A stretch of 64,000 bases of DNA from Lama guanicoe (Eukaryota): assembly GCA_013239625.1 (NCBI GenBank), contig MU054098.1:2729104-2793103 (forward strand), written 5' to 3'. Each line of letters begins with the position of its first letter. Within the stretch, counting starts at the first letter, position 1. A program made the position numbers and the translations under genes. Under the pieces are notes generated by a model. That model saw only the letters and a program-made list of their open reading frames with translations. It was not told the origin of the DNA and did no database searches. Positions 39,160 through 53,526 of this stretch are shown in pieces.

Positions 39160-42120
39160 TGAGTTTATGATTAATCTCTCCAAAACTATTCTCTTGCTTG
39201 TCCCCTCTGACTTCAAACCCTTTCTTGTCCCCTCTGACCTCAATCCTGTGCTAACTGAACACTAATCAACCAGTCAGAGAACTAAGATTGCTGTTATTGT
39301 GTATATCATCATTATGGTATAAAACTCAGGTTGTTTTTCGAGGGCAAGATGAGATCACAGACTCCCTAGCCATGGACTAGCTGGCCAGAGAATCCTAAAC
39401 CAGAGACATCTTGACTCTTGAAGCCATGATTAAGAAATGTTAGAAGACAATGATGAATTCCAGTTCCTTTGTTCTTGCCCTTTAAAACATCCCTAACTCA
39501 AAGACAGACGTGGAGTGGATCTGAGACTTGTATCCCACTCCTTTCCTTGGAGCCCTGCAAATAAACCCTTGCTTTGCTGCAAACACCTGCTGTCAGAGTT
39601 TGGCTTTCTGTACCATGGCTCTTACTTTGTTACATTAATACTTTAGCTATACTCAAGAGTTTAATAAAACATCTTGTATTAATTGATCCAGAAACATTTT
39701 AAGAACCCAAGATTACATAGCTAATATAAAATTTGGGCAATTAAGTCTTTTCTCTGTTTTGTCAGTGTTAAGTATAACACAAGCATGCATTTTATTTTAC
39801 CTTGGTGTGTTTTTCCTAAACTTATACAGGCTTACTGATCAAATTAACTATAATTACTCCTAAAAATGCTTACAATTATGAAAAATGTACATTCCTTTTC
39901 AGCTACATTAAATCAGTGTTCTGAGAAGCTTTATTTCAGCGAGCCTGAAGATGATTTCCAAGCTCTTTATGCAACTTTTTAAAAATTACTCAATTAAATT
40001 GAGTAATTAATGGATAATTGTTGCACAGCTAGAAATGTTCTAAGTAAAACAGAATATGGAAACATTGGTTTAAACTAAGCATAATTCTAAGTTTATGTAT
40101 TTTTACTTCTTATTTGAAATGCTATAGACAAGCTATATCTTGGAGTAGCATAATGAATTTGTTCATTTTTGCCACTTTAGGAAGTTATAAATAAGGATTT
40201 TGTGAGGCTATAGAAAGTTTTGTCATGTGTATTCTTAACTCTGCTAGTCTGTTAGAAAAACTTGTATATGCCAGACAGTTCTCAATTATATCCACACTGC
40301 ACTTTTCTCTTTAAAATAGAAATTAGTCACTTTAGTTAAAAGTTATAATTAGTATGAGTGGCTGAGACTCTTTAAGGATAACAGTGACAGAGAATTACAA
40401 TATTATATGTGCTTTGCTTTTCAAGGAAAAATAATAGCTTTTTTTCCCTAAAGCGGATTTTTTTGTTTACAGAAACACTTATATTCTTAAAAATTATTGA
40501 GAACCTCAAAGAGCTTTTGTTTATGTGGATTATAATGTTAGTTATAACTTTATATTTACCATATTAGAGACTAAAAATTTGAAAATAGTTGATTCATTGG
40601 AAAGTAGCAATGATGAGCATGTTGTATGTTAACCTAGATGAACTTTTCTTATGAAGATAACTACATTTTTCATAAAAAAATTTCCTGAAAAGAATAGCCT
40701 TATTTCACATTTTTGCAAATCTCTTTACTATCTGGTCTTAAAGAAGAAAGCTGGATTCTTGTATCTGCTTCTGCATTTAATCCACTACATTATCACACAT
40801 CACAGAGCCTCTAGAAAACTCCAGTGTATATTCATGAGAGGATGAGAGTCAAAAAACACATAACATCTTAATATTATTATAAAAATCATTTGACCTCACA
40901 GACCCTATAAAAGAATATGAGAGAGTATAAAGAAAAAGACAAAACTTGGAAAGTGAATTTAATTTGCCTTGGTTTATAATACTTGAGTCTGAAAAGAATC
41001 TGTGAAATATATTAAAATGGTTAGAGAATTCCCTCAGTTTAGATGGTCTTGCTTCCTTTATTTAGTAATTAATGCTTCTACCTACAATATGAAAGATTAT
41101 TCTTTACCTTATGTGTAATCTGCCTAAATAGAAGAGATTCTGTGTCTTATAAGAATAATTTTCTATCATTTATCATTTCTATGTCCTTGATTATTTAAGA
41201 GGAAAATATTCATAGAACATGACTCTTCACTTACAATAGTGTTATATTGTATTTTTTCAATTGCTTTATTTGTATCGTGATTAAATAGGTAGGGAAGCAT
41301 TGTTTCTCAATCACTCATAATCCTATCTAAGTGTACAAATCTCTGACAACTCAATTTTGTCTTTCCAAAATCAGTTTCTAAATTTAGAACAATTGAAATA
41401 AAGTTTTCAGGCTATATTATGTAACTAAAACTAAGCTTTTATACATAAAACCACCAAGATTTCTCAGAGGGCCTCTGGAATCACAAAGATTTGCTCTGTC
41501 ACCTTAAAAAAGAGATACTGGAAATAACTAGGTTTGTTTAATGTGTTACTATAGTAAAGTTGCATAGGAAAAGTCAGATCAGAAGGGACATTCAGCCTTT
41601 CCTAAACTGAGGTTGTTTTAGTGAAATATTAGTATAAACATTTCAGAAATTGCATGCTTTATAGGAAGTCCCTGGCAGTTGGTCAGTGTCCTTCCTGACA
41701 AATGTGCCCTCAATAATACTGGTTTACCTTCAAGGATAACCCTCATCAAAACTCTTATGAAATACTTATGTACTGTACTCCAATGCAGAATTTCATTCTT
41801 CTCTATTATGATAGAATTGGCAATAGTATTAAATTAACTGCAGACATTAAATCTCTTAATGTTATTGTTTTACTCCAAAGCTGATCTGAAGATTCTATTA
41901 TAGGCTAGAATTTGTATCATCAGCAAAGAATAACAATCTCAGAGCCTCATGGAAAAAGATCGTACCAGGCACTTCACATGATTTCAAAGAATAGGCTTCT
42001 GAGCTAACATCACTTAGATAACTTTCAGACCACACCAGTAGACTGAGGCAAGATTTCCAGGACTCTTTATAATCCAATGAAAGGCTCAGACCCCTATAGA
42101 GCCAGATAACCAGAAAGAAA
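39160..42120 (+). mobile_element. ERV1-type LTR (about 39160-39640) plus MER4-group-like internal sequence, interrupted by a Charlie1-like fragment (about 40470-40910)
   Basis: LTR-like AATAAA/U5 at about 39560; AT-rich internal motifs; Charlie1 motif gaacctcaaagagcttttgtttatgtgg. Boundaries approximate. Confidence 0.5.
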
Positions 42121-42745
42121 GTGCTAGACAATGCCTATCCTTCTGTAAGACACCCACTAATCTTTTTTTTTTTTGCCCTTTCAAAATCTTTCACAATTTT
42201 TCATGACATATGAAACCCATGTTTTCTGATACGCACTTTAGAAGAAATATCATACATACCTGCCCAGATAAAATAAACATAGAGCTATTTATTGCTGAGA
42301 ATCTAAAGGAAATATGGAAAATAAAGTAGCATTAGTAATCTTTTTGATAAAGATGTTTTCATATAGGTTTTATATAACTGAGGATATATTTTATTTTTAA
42401 ATAATTCAGAAGGAGATGGTGATAATGCCTGCCATAATAATTTATTCATATTCTTTCCTATTTTTTTGTTTCTCCTCTTGCTATTTCCTCTGCCTCCCCA
42501 TCAATATGGTTAGCTAATCCTTCAAGATTCAGCAGAGATGAAATTTCCTCCAGGAAGCCTTTCTCTGACCCTTGTAAGGTATGTCCATTATGTGCAAATA
42601 CTGATCTTTGCCTACCTCTGTCATAATTCTTGATGTTTAAATTATCTATATACTTTCTTCTTCTTCTGGACTGTAAAATCCTAAAAGGGTAGAGACCATG
42701 TCTGCCATCTATGAATTCTCAGCATTTAGTGCTATTCCTAGAACC

Positions 42746-43226
42746 TGTTGGTGGGCAGTGTTGCAGGTGGTAGAAGAATTTACTAGAGACAAAGAGAAGT
42801 TTAGGAGACAAAGAAAAAGTTTAATAGATATGCTGCTATAGGCAACAATGGGCCACACAGACAAGAGGTGCCTGTATGAGCACTGAGGGTCAGTTGCTGA
42901 GGGTTTTTATGGGGAAGGGGCTGTGGACACAAAAGGATAGGGGAACAGATTTTTGATTGGCTATAAGTGAAGTAAGGGGCTTTGGTGTATGGCAACGTAG
43001 TGGGATTTACAACTCCGATAAGATGGAGACATAGGGTTAAGACAGACCCTGTTGATGTGGAAGTTTTTTATTGTGTGTTTAGACATTACCCAGGGCAGTT
43101 AATTTTGCTAGGGCAAACACATGTCAGGAAAGGATGTACTTTATCTTCTGAAGAGTAGCAGGTGGATGCCTAAGGGCTGGAAGTTTGGGGGTCACAGAGC
43201 CTCGGCAGGCACCAGTTGGCCCCACA
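42746..43226 (-). mobile_element. Solo LTR inserted in an L2 fragment
   Basis: TG...CA termini, exact 5-bp TSD GAACC on both sides, minus-strand ATTAAA at 42820-42825. Confidence 0.85.
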
Positions 43227-44727
43227 GAACCTAGAAGATACTCAATAAATGTTTATTGAAATAAAAAGAGTTAAATTATTAGGTACAATGCTAGGCGCTA
43301 TGTGGACTACAAAGATAAATAAAACATAGTGCCTTTTCTATCTCAGCAATAGATGGTTTTGTTAATAGGCTGATCAAAGGTTTGTGGACTTTTTTATGAA
43401 TTCCTTTTTATTAATCTTCTTGAAAATCTTCATTTTATAAAAGCATCAGAGCAAAATAATGATTGTTTATAAATGACAAGACTTAAAATGGCATGATTAA
43501 AGATTTGATTACAATGCAATTGACAAGCAACTTGGATATTTCTGTGACGTACAACATTTTAAGATAATAATTAGAATTACGACTGATACCAGGACATATC
43601 AGATTTTTAGGAATTCCATACAAAATTTGGAAGATTTTAATGACCTTTATGTTTATACAATATAACATAAGATTCACCTCCAATCACTTGACAATGTTTT
43701 TCAAGTAATTTAACATACCAAATAAGCCTAATTAGTTCAACATTCCTCTCTGAGATGTCTCAGGGTTCTTTTGAAGCAAGCAACCTAGAGTTAGCTGGAG
43801 GTTAAGAACTTTAGTTAAAATTTGATATTTGGGAAGTGTTAAAAATATCAAAAAGGTTTTAAAACACATGAGGTCACTATGAAACAATACTTATTTACTC
43901 AACCAAAGTGACAATGGTTTCAAAAAGATACAAATCACTTAGAGACACAGAAACTCACACAATATGTTATGAAAAGTAGCACTCTAAGGAACTCTCTTAA
44001 CACACAGAATCAAAACCCAGTCTTGTATCAGCTTACTTTTAACAACAGAATACACTTATTCATTTAAATTAAATCTAAGTTTAGTCAAACCTGACTATAC
44101 ACAAGGCTCTTTTCTCAGGATTCCTTCCCCATTAAACCTTCCATCACTTTCTGTATCCATATGATTTTATCCCTTAATTCTCCCATTTAGAAACAACCAA
44201 CTCTAGGTAACAAAATGCAAGTTCATCCTTTATACCTTCTTTTGCTAAAAACATGCATCCTTCATTATTTGTAGTAGCTTTAATTATGTATCTAAATTAA
44301 AAACCTTAACTCTTAAAATCCTTAATTTTCAGTGAAAACTAGGAAATAAGCAATTATGAACTATCTTTCACATCAGCATTCTGTAATTGGTAAACACAAA
44401 TCCCAACAATAATTTCTAAAATCATGTGCTTTCTAATAGAAAATCTCTTAGGGTGGCACCAAACATATTTATCAGTAGTCCCAAATACCTTTAGTTTTTC
44501 TGTAAAGGGAAGTCAGTGTTCAGTACTTATGTTTTAATATCTTATTTATTTGGGAATGACCAAATTATTTAACAAACTCCCATCATTTAACTCAATTTAG
44601 CATAATTCTAAAATTTCAAGTTACCAAATATCGAGAGAGATCATGTTCAAGTAGACATTCCTAAAACATAATTAATTCTAAAGAGTTTACCCAAAAGCTC
44701 TCATCTCATTTGTATTTAATTTACTTT

Positions 44728-45234
44728 TGTCAACTGAAACAAAATCACACAACATGAGAATTATGGGTTAAATTTTATTTGGGCAAAATGAGGACTATAG
44801 CCTGGGAGACAGCATCCCAGAAAGCTCTGAGAAACTGTTCCAAAGAGGCAGGGAGAAAACTCTATTAGATTTGATTTCAGTGAAGGGGGGTACCTGCAGT
44901 CAAGCACATGTTTAGACAGAGGCTTGCTGCTAGTCACAAGGAGCAGATGTCACCGTTAATGATTTTAGTGCTTTTCTAAATATGAGGAAATGCAAGAATT
45001 GGGGTCATAAAATCTTCTCCTGAAAATATATAACTATCTGAAGACCTGTTCAGCCAGTTTTCCCAGAGCACAGAGTGCCTCATTCCTGACCTCCTTCCTG
45101 AACTCCTTTCAGGGTGTGTTGGAAATCAGTGGCTGCAGCAGCTCATGATTTAATCCAAGCAGCATTAGATGGCAAGTGCCAATGTGATCCAATCCTTGTA
45201 GAGGCAGATGGCAAGTGCCAATTTTTAGTTAGCA
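44728..45234 (-). mobile_element. MER41-like solo LTR nested in the ERV1 internal region
   Basis: TG...CA ends, imperfect TSD cttt/ctta, minus-strand AATAAA at 44774-44779. Confidence 0.65.
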
Positions 45235-47769
45235 CTTATAAGAATTTTTATCATTCCAAATTATTTTTTGTTGTTGTTGACAAATATGCAACAGATATAA
45301 CAAGATCTTATTTGACTTCTATTAAACCTAGGTACAGTAAAACTAGTATACTTAATGTTGATGACTCTAAAGACATGTCTATATTAATTATATCAACAAA
45401 CCTAAAGTAACCTTAATACCAGGTATTAACTTAATATTGAATATTTCCCAGTTCATGTGAACCTGAAAGTCAATTTGGCCAGCTTTTATTTTAGAAATAT
45501 TTAATTTATAAATGCTTACTTCTAAGTCAATTAAATAGAGCTCTTTGATAAATTTATAATATTTTCTAGAGATAGAGACATCTCATATATAAAAACAGAC
45601 AAAACTAGAGATCTCGTAGCTTCACTTCAAAACTTGGTTATGAATTAGGTATTACAATAAAAAGTTACTAGTTATAAATAACAGTTGGAATAAATTGAAT
45701 TTGCTTGCTCCAATCACTAAGGCTTACTATTTATGAAAAAGACTTTTAAGATTTGTATTAGTCCTTGATAAAGATGATAAAGATTTGTATTAGTCCTTGA
45801 TGAAGTCTGAGGGAGCCTTGCCAGCACAGTTTGAGTTTAAATGCGAAAAATTTTCCTTGGTTTCAGGTTGTACTTTATTGAGCTAATTAGGCTGTCTCAG
45901 GTCATTGTTTGCTGTATTTACATTTCTGATTTGTAGACATTTGTAAAACAAAGATAGTTGCTTTTAGTTCTTCAAAGAACTGGACGGACACCCAAGTCCA
46001 ACTTTATCTTCTTTAATTTGCTTTTCTATATCAGTGAGAAGATTTCTAAATAGTTTTATGTTCTAGAACTTTAGGGTTTAATTTTATCATGCTTTCAAAA
46101 GCTTGTATAAGGCATTCAACAAGGGCCCTCTTCCTGAGTTTACAAGTTAAATCCAAAGCAAATCTCTATTATTATTTGTATTAGCCCCTGAATATTAGTT
46201 TTCAGTTTTACTTTATATTGCATGGCTCAGGTAACCCTATTGGTTTTCATTAGTATGTTTAACTAATATTTCCTGAAGGGCAGATTTATCTGTCCTGTCT
46301 TATAATACCAAGCAGGGGAAGCATTCCTCAGTGAAACATGTTTATCCCATAGTATAATTAAGCAAAAGACATGTAATCATCTTGTATAAAGCCTACTTAA
46401 ATATACCAATGTTTTTAAACTTATCTCAATTCATATCTTTAATTTTAGTTGTTTTTTTTTAACACAGATTAGTTTTTTTGGCACCTCTCCGAGGTAACAT
46501 CTTAACCCAGTTAAAAATGCCTGTCTATAGAAGATTCCTAAGAAGTGATTCTGATGAAATCTGATGCTGGGAAGGCTGGGGCATGGGGTAGAATATTCTA
46601 TCTTCCCAGGCTTTTCAGCACCCTTTTAATTTCTCAGTGACAGTTGGGTGTTTGCCACATCTTCAGCATAGGACCCACTTTGTACTATCTGGCTGATTTG
46701 TTCAAATTTAATTTTAGTTTTCATTAGACTCAATCAACAAGTCTTATTTTTAGGAGTCCTAGAAGCTGTTCCTTCTTTTATCCCCTGTCCATTTTATCTA
46801 ATTTTATATAGAAGTCTCTAGGATCCCCAAAGAGGAGTTGGAACCAAGGGACTCAGGCCCGTGTCAATCTTTAAATTTGATTAATTGGTCTAGCTGTTAC
46901 CTCAATTGTTGGTCAAGTATCTCAGTGTAATTTTTTTCAGCCCTGTACACATGTATTTGAAACTGGGGTACATAGAGCAGACTTGCTTGGACTTTAATGT
47001 TAGGGACCAGTAGGAAGTCCCTTTGCCCTATTTAACCTTATATAGTGTAGTAGCAAAACCTTGTATTTTAATCCAAAACTGTTTTATTTGGCCCATTTTA
47101 AATAACCATCTAAAAATTTTGTATCCATTTAGAATAAGTGCCTTATTTTTTTACCTTGTTAAGAAAAGAAAAAATCTTTAGACTTTCTCTATAGTTTTTT
47201 TCCAGTTACACAACCTAGTAAACAATTAATTATTCTAATATTTTTATTAGCATTTGTAAGACCCATTGAGGGGAAAGCAAGAACACAAAAAGGTTTCCCA
47301 AACTGGTTTTTCTTGTTGTTTTAAACTAAAGGAATTCTCAGGTTAACAATTAGATATATTTTTTTTCCACCTTTAAATTTAGTAGATTTTTATAGGCTCC
47401 AATAAAACAGCTGTTTATAATGAGAGTGCTCTAAAATTTTACCAATTTCAAAGTTTCTCCAATTTAAAGGATCCATCATCTGGCCATCAATGAGATATAT
47501 ATTAAACCAATAAGATGAAGAGGCTTCCCCACAAGAGAGTGAGGAGACGGAGTCACCTAAATAAGATTTAAAAGTTTACTCCCCCCAAAAAGCAAAGGCC
47601 TTCATAGTACAGGCTGATGCAATGAAGATTAAGATGGCATAAAACCTGAGAAATTTGCCTGAGATTGGTACAATCAGACAAAGGATTGCTCAGAATTCCA
47701 AACTGTTTGCTTGGCTGACAAATGTACACCATATTTGCACCTTTTGGATGGCAGGGACCAAGTTTTTTC

Positions 47770-47772
<3 letters not shown>

Positions 47773-47816
<44 letters not shown>
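47773..47816. repeat. (CA)n microsatellite
   Basis: About 22 AC units. Confidence 0.95.
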
Positions 47817-47818
<2 letters not shown>

Positions 47819-50544
47819 ACCCAGAGAAAGATAAAGTAGAATATTTACATTTCAAAAGCACAGGAAGAGAAATACAAGTTCTCCCTAGAAGGGCTTTTGT
47901 TTCTGTAAGGTCAGAATTCTGAAAGTATATTTTTATCAGGCTGGCTTTTTTAAACTTAACTGCATACGCAATAAATGAGCCCCAACTTAGTTATTTCCAG
48001 GGCGAAATTTCCTTTAATTCCCAGTTAAATAAATACTTACAAGTTTTGTTTTGGACGTACATAAACCTGTCTGGGTTATTAGGTGGAGGCTGGCAACCTG
48101 TCGTTCCTTTTTATTTTGAAAGCTTTATTCCCCATTCTAAGGTCGGCAGAATAAAGTCACTAGTGATGATTGTGTGGTGGGCCAATGTGTTGCCTGAGAT
48201 CTCAGTTCCTAGGTTTTTATCCAGTGTCAACTCAGCTCCCTCTTATGTGTCTTGGGTTCTCTCTTTGGTGGTATAAGACCACCATGGGTGCTCAAGTCGC
48301 AGAATGGCCAGTTCTTATTCACATCCATGGCAGAGAAAATTTTAATTAAAATAACTGGGTTTCCCTGTGGGGAAAGTGGCATGGCATGAGGTCTTTGCCT
48401 CCACCACTCCTGAAAGTTTGTTAGTCACCTGAGAAAGCCATTGCTGGCCAGGAGGAGAGACCCATCTTCATAGCCCGCAGGCTGTTATAAGATTTCTGCT
48501 TTATTTTGACAAATCGATTAAGGTAGTCAGTTCAAGGAAAAAATTACAGGCCAGTTTTCCCCCTAATTACCCAGTCCAACTCTACTCGGTGTTCTCTTAA
48601 CTGAGCAAAATATTCCCAGTCTCTCAACTGAGGATAAAACCACTCAGTGTCTAAAATGTGCAAAATCTTCCCAGTGGCATTCACTAAGGATAACCCAGGT
48701 ACCTCTTCTTGAAACTAACTTTCAAGGATAACCTACTCCTCCAGAGAAGAGTTGAACACCGCCAAATAAAACTTAGGATCATCAACCAATAACAGGAAAT
48801 CCTAGAACCAAGAAAGATTCACCCAAATTCATCTGGACTCTCCGAGGAGTCGGATGGGACCAAGAGGCCTCTGCTGGTACCAGGCCTCTGGATATAAGTC
48901 AAGGAAACAGAACACAGAAATAAATTTAAATATTATGAACAACAGTTTAGAGGTGGGTAAGAAATTAGAATTCTCTGACACTTTCTGAGGAAGTTTAAAC
49001 TATTGAAATTAAGTCCCAGAGAAGATGTTTAGCATTGCAATGCAGAGAAATTTTTTCACATGTAAGCTGGGAAGAGGACATTTGCCGCAGCACTGCATGA
49101 AATAGAAAAGAATGAACAAAAAGTATAGGAAGCAATCTAAATGTCCATAACTATGTGAGTAAAGTAACAGAACCATTTACACTTCTCTATGGGCTTCAAG
49201 GCAAAATGGAAAAAAATTTAATTCTAGAGGTAGCTGCTGATCAGGAGATAACAAAGTTGTGTCCATGATTAATTAAAATCCCCTAAAGTCAGTATCCTGG
49301 TATGAATGCTGGTCATAATGTTGGATAACTTGAATAGCTATTAGGGTTAAAGGAGATGAAACAAAGTACAATTTCTTAAAACACTTCCTTACGTATCACT
49401 TCCTTCCCTCCAGATCACCTGTCTCAAGGGCAACACCTGAGCTTCTGCCCAAGCCCTACTCCCCTCTTCAGGAACCAGCCAATGGATGTCGCCAACACCC
49501 AGGTCTTTTGGCACAGGGGTGGGATTTCATCTCCTCTGACTTCTTCATCACACAGAAGGGTGAGGCCACAGTAGCAGGGAGTGTGAACACCATTTCTCCT
49601 GGCCTGGAAGCCCAGTGTCCAAATAGGAGGCTGCTCTGTGTCCTCCAGAGAGGGAGAGGGATGGAACCCCATCCCATCCTGCCACTTATCCAAGAGGTGA
49701 CTTAGGCTGGTCAGCCTGACTTGGGCATCTGTGACGTGGGACTCATGACACCTTCGTCACAGAGCTGTTCTGAGGGGTGAATGAGAAAGCTTGCCCAGAG
49801 TATATGGTGTGTGGTGGGACTTCAAGGGCCCTTTAAATGCTGGGACACAGCAGTAAGGGCTGGCTGAGCCTCAGGGCTAAGACAGGCACTGTGAAAAGTC
49901 ATTCCTCACTGTTTCTCCTAATGAGAAGATAGATATCTTTATGAAGGAAGCAAACATCTCTTTGATATGCCTTGGGTTCAAAGTTTCAAAGACAGAGGGA
50001 GCTCTGGTTTCTTGGGTGTCTCAGAAGCTCACAAGCTCACATCATGCCTGAGTGCTGATCCTAATCCAGTTCCCCTCACTGGGAAGACAGGCTTGCCTTT
50101 GCCTCACCTGGTGAGCTCGGTGCGAGATGGCACCAGGGCAGCAAGCTGTGGTGCTTGCCTAACTGCTGCTCCTGGGCTGCCCCCTTCATAAAGATATCTA
50201 TCTTTTTTACTGTAATAAATACCTTATAATACACGCTCTTTCAATTATACAAAATAATAAAATTGCAAAGAAATTTAAACATTCTCAGCATACAGGAAAC
50301 CTACAGGAAAGCCACTTGATTCTTAGAACAGGAACATCCAGAGGCACAGGAAGGGAGATAAGATGTTAGGGGAGCCCCTTCCAGTCTGGCAGGACACAGG
50401 TCCCCAAATTCCAAACCACATTAATTATTACCAGTATTTAAATCTCTGCTTAGTTAACTAGGAAAAAAATGTGTTACCTGACCATGTTTCATTTTGCTTT
50501 ACCCTGATTGAAAGTAGGGCTGAAGTCTTATCATCTGAAAGGCA

Positions 50545-50750
50545 GTAGCATACACTCGTTAGATGAAGGGCTCAGGAGCCACAAGCCTGTGTTCAAATCT
50601 AAGCCTCACCGCTTGCTAACCCTGCCTTCGCTGGGCCTCAGTTCCCTTATGTTTAAAGTCTCCTCATAGGTTGTGGTGAGGATAAAGCAAGTAAGTATAG
50701 GTTTAGCACTTACAACAGTGTCAGGCACTAAGGAAATCAGCAATAAATGT
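50545..50750 (+). mobile_element. MIR SINE
   Basis: ctgggcctcagttcccttatgtttaaa...ggttgtggtgaggataaa...cacttacaacagtgtcaggcac. Confidence 0.7.
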
Positions 50751-51899
50751 GAATCATTCTTATCGTGCCAAAATTGACCATTAGTGTTTCTACTGCCATT
50801 TTTATTATTGTATGGGCTTATAATGACCTTCATAATATGATGTTTGTCAAAAAACAGCAGTTTACAAAGCTGTAACTAGGATATCACCTCATAACTATTC
50901 TTTAAATCTGCACAGTTATATTTGCATAGTAAAATTTCTGAAAATAAATATTCAAATGATAACAATGTTTATCTATGAGTAATAGACTTTTAAGGGTTTC
51001 TAATGTTTTTTTTTTCCTTTCCTGCTTTATCCATTTTTATTTATATCAAAAGTGTCTTGATTTTGGATTGAAAAAAATAAGAATAAATAAATACTCCTAG
51101 CCCTTTCCATAGGAAAGTGGCTCAGCATCAGAATGAGGAACATCCCTAAGCTGGGAATTAGGTAGTAAGGTGATCACAGAAGGAATTCATGAATCTACCA
51201 CATGACATGACAGTCCCAGCTGGGCAGCTTCAGAGACACTGCAACACCTAGAGGAAGGGCAGGGAGGTCTCTCAAATAAACCCTACATTCCAAAGATGTC
51301 TCCACTTCCCAGAATTTTTGTGAAGGTCATGAGATGAAAATAGTTTCACAACATGCTTCTTGTTCTCTCCCAAATAAAGCCCCTTGAACGGAAACCAGGC
51401 TCATAGGATTAACCACACAGTTAGCCAAGCCCAATTTGCAGCTTCTCCCTCAGGAGGAAAAGTGAAGAGTGACTAATTCATACATCCAACATTCTGGCTC
51501 TTCAGGGGCTTCCCAAGGAACTGGTTTGTGTCTCACCTGACGGGAAGCACTGACGGGGAACCAGTATACTCGGGATGCCTGGAGACCATTGAGAACAAAT
51601 GAAGGATCTGTAGCCTATTGTCTGACCAGAGAACCCGCAGTACCAGGGTCCGACACCAGAGGGAGCAAGAGATTACAAATTCAGAAAAAAAAAAACCCAA
51701 CAAATCTCTCAAATTGGGAAATTATATGAAAAGTCTCAACCAAGAATACTTTATCTGACAAAACTTTCTTTCAAAAATGAAGAAATAAAGACCTTCCCAG
51801 ATAAACAAAAGCTACGGGAGTTCATCAAAATTAAACCTACCTTTAAAGAAATGCTAAAGAGAGTCCTTCAAGTTGAAACAAAAGGATATGAGACAGCAC

Positions 51900-52260
51900 C
51901 ATATGCATTCAGTGAAACCGTATTTCAAATTTTGAATTTTGATCTTTCCCCAGGCTAGTGATAGGCAATACGACACTCTCTTGTGATGCTGGACAGCGGC
52001 AGCGAGCCATAGCGCCCAGTCAGCCACGTGATTGTGGGGTAAACAACTGATACCTTTCCAACCATTCTGTACCCATAAGCCATTTTGCTTTTGATTTTCA
52101 GTACAGTATTCAATAAATTACATGAGATATTCAACATCTAATATAAGTGCTCTGAGTTTGCTTAAAGTAGGCTAGATTTGGTAGGTTTGGTAGGTTTGTT
52201 GTATTAAATGCGTTTTCAACTTACAATAGTTTTATAATGGGTTTATCAGGATGTAACATT
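51900..52260 (-). mobile_element. Tigger4 (Zombi)-type DNA transposon fragment
   Basis: ttcagtacagtattcaataaattacatgagatattcaaca ... gtattaaatgcgttttcaacttac. Confidence 0.7.
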
Positions 52261-53277
52261 TATGACCAATCAAGTAGCAAGTATGACCAATGAATGAATC
52301 TAGACCCCAGAGTGAATCCTCTAAACACATACCCCACTAAGAGTCCAGGCTCTTTTGGAGAAATGGCTGATTTCAGCTCCACAGAAGGAATTGTACTGCA
52401 TGTGTTTGGACCACACTCTTATACCAGAAAGTATGTCAAAAAGACTCAGAAGCCAACTTGAAGGAAGGGTTTCCCACTGGCCAAAGATAGAACAATTTCA
52501 CATCAAGTAAAATAATGACTACAATGGACAAATTTACAAGCATCTATGAGTCATGATAACATTCTAAGAGAAAAGGAAAACACAAAGAAAACCAATACAC
52601 TGCTCACCTTTGGAGGATCCCAGGGAAACAGCTCATTCTTTTAAAGGGTGGAAATACTGCAAAAGAATTGAAAACATTTATCCTTCCCTTCCTGTGCAAA
52701 CTATACCTCAGCATAACCTAACTATTGATGATAGGAAGTTCCTTTTATAGAAGAATTCTGGTTAATAAATGCAGAAGAAATTATAAAATTAGAACATCAC
52801 CTTTTTACAACCTTTAGTGACAAGCAGATCTAGGCAACTATCTTGGAGGCTGCAAAAAAAAATGAGATAAAAAGCAGACGGGAAATTTTACAATGGATAA
52901 ATCAGGCTGACAACACGTGAACTCAGTGATTAATTTTTGTCAGGAGAGACACCCAAACACAATGAGCCTCCTGGTATAAGGCCATAAGCAGTACAACACC
53001 TCATCTGAAGCATTCTTGCCAAAAAAACGCGAAGTGGATCGAGCCTTTAAATCTAATCGCCACTTTTATGGAAATAGGGGAGGAAGGCAGAAGAACATAA
53101 ACAACATAGTAAGGATACAGTCAGCAAAATCAGGAAAGCAAACTCCACAGGACAAAAGATGCAATTTCTTAAGCAAATAATTGGAAGCTTAAAAAAATAA
53201 GGGGACCTTTTTTGCATAAAAGACACTTAAGACTTCAGTCTTAAGACTTCAGAGAGATTATAATTAAAAACACAGTG

Positions 53278-53526
53278 TTGGGGGGGTGGGAAGGGATAAA
53301 CTTGGAGTTTGAGATTTGCAGATACTGACTGGTATATATAAAATAGATAAAAAAAGTTTATACTGCATAGTACAGGGAAATATATTCAATATCTTGTAGT
53401 AGCTTATGATGAAAACGAACATGAAAATGAATATATGTATGTTCACGTATGGCTGGGGCATTGTGCTGTACACCAGAAATTGACACACATTGTAAACTGA
53501 CTGTGTCTCAATAAAAAAAGGAAAAA
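53278..53526 (+). mobile_element. Young lineage-specific L1 3' end
   Basis: Poly-A tail and exact TSD aaaaacacagtg at 53266-53277 and 53527-53538. Confidence 0.8.

Larger units (their letters stand above)
43430..48890 (-). mobile_element. Non-autonomous ERV1 (MER4-group-like) internal region
   Basis: Characteristic AT-rich internal motifs; leader-like short repeats at 48560-48880; no intact gag/pol/env ORF. Confidence 0.55.

Noticed and set aside
44814..44833. Tandem GAS/STAT sites in the MER41-like LTR
   Set aside because: ATCCCAGAA and CTCTGAGAA both miss the TTC half-site.
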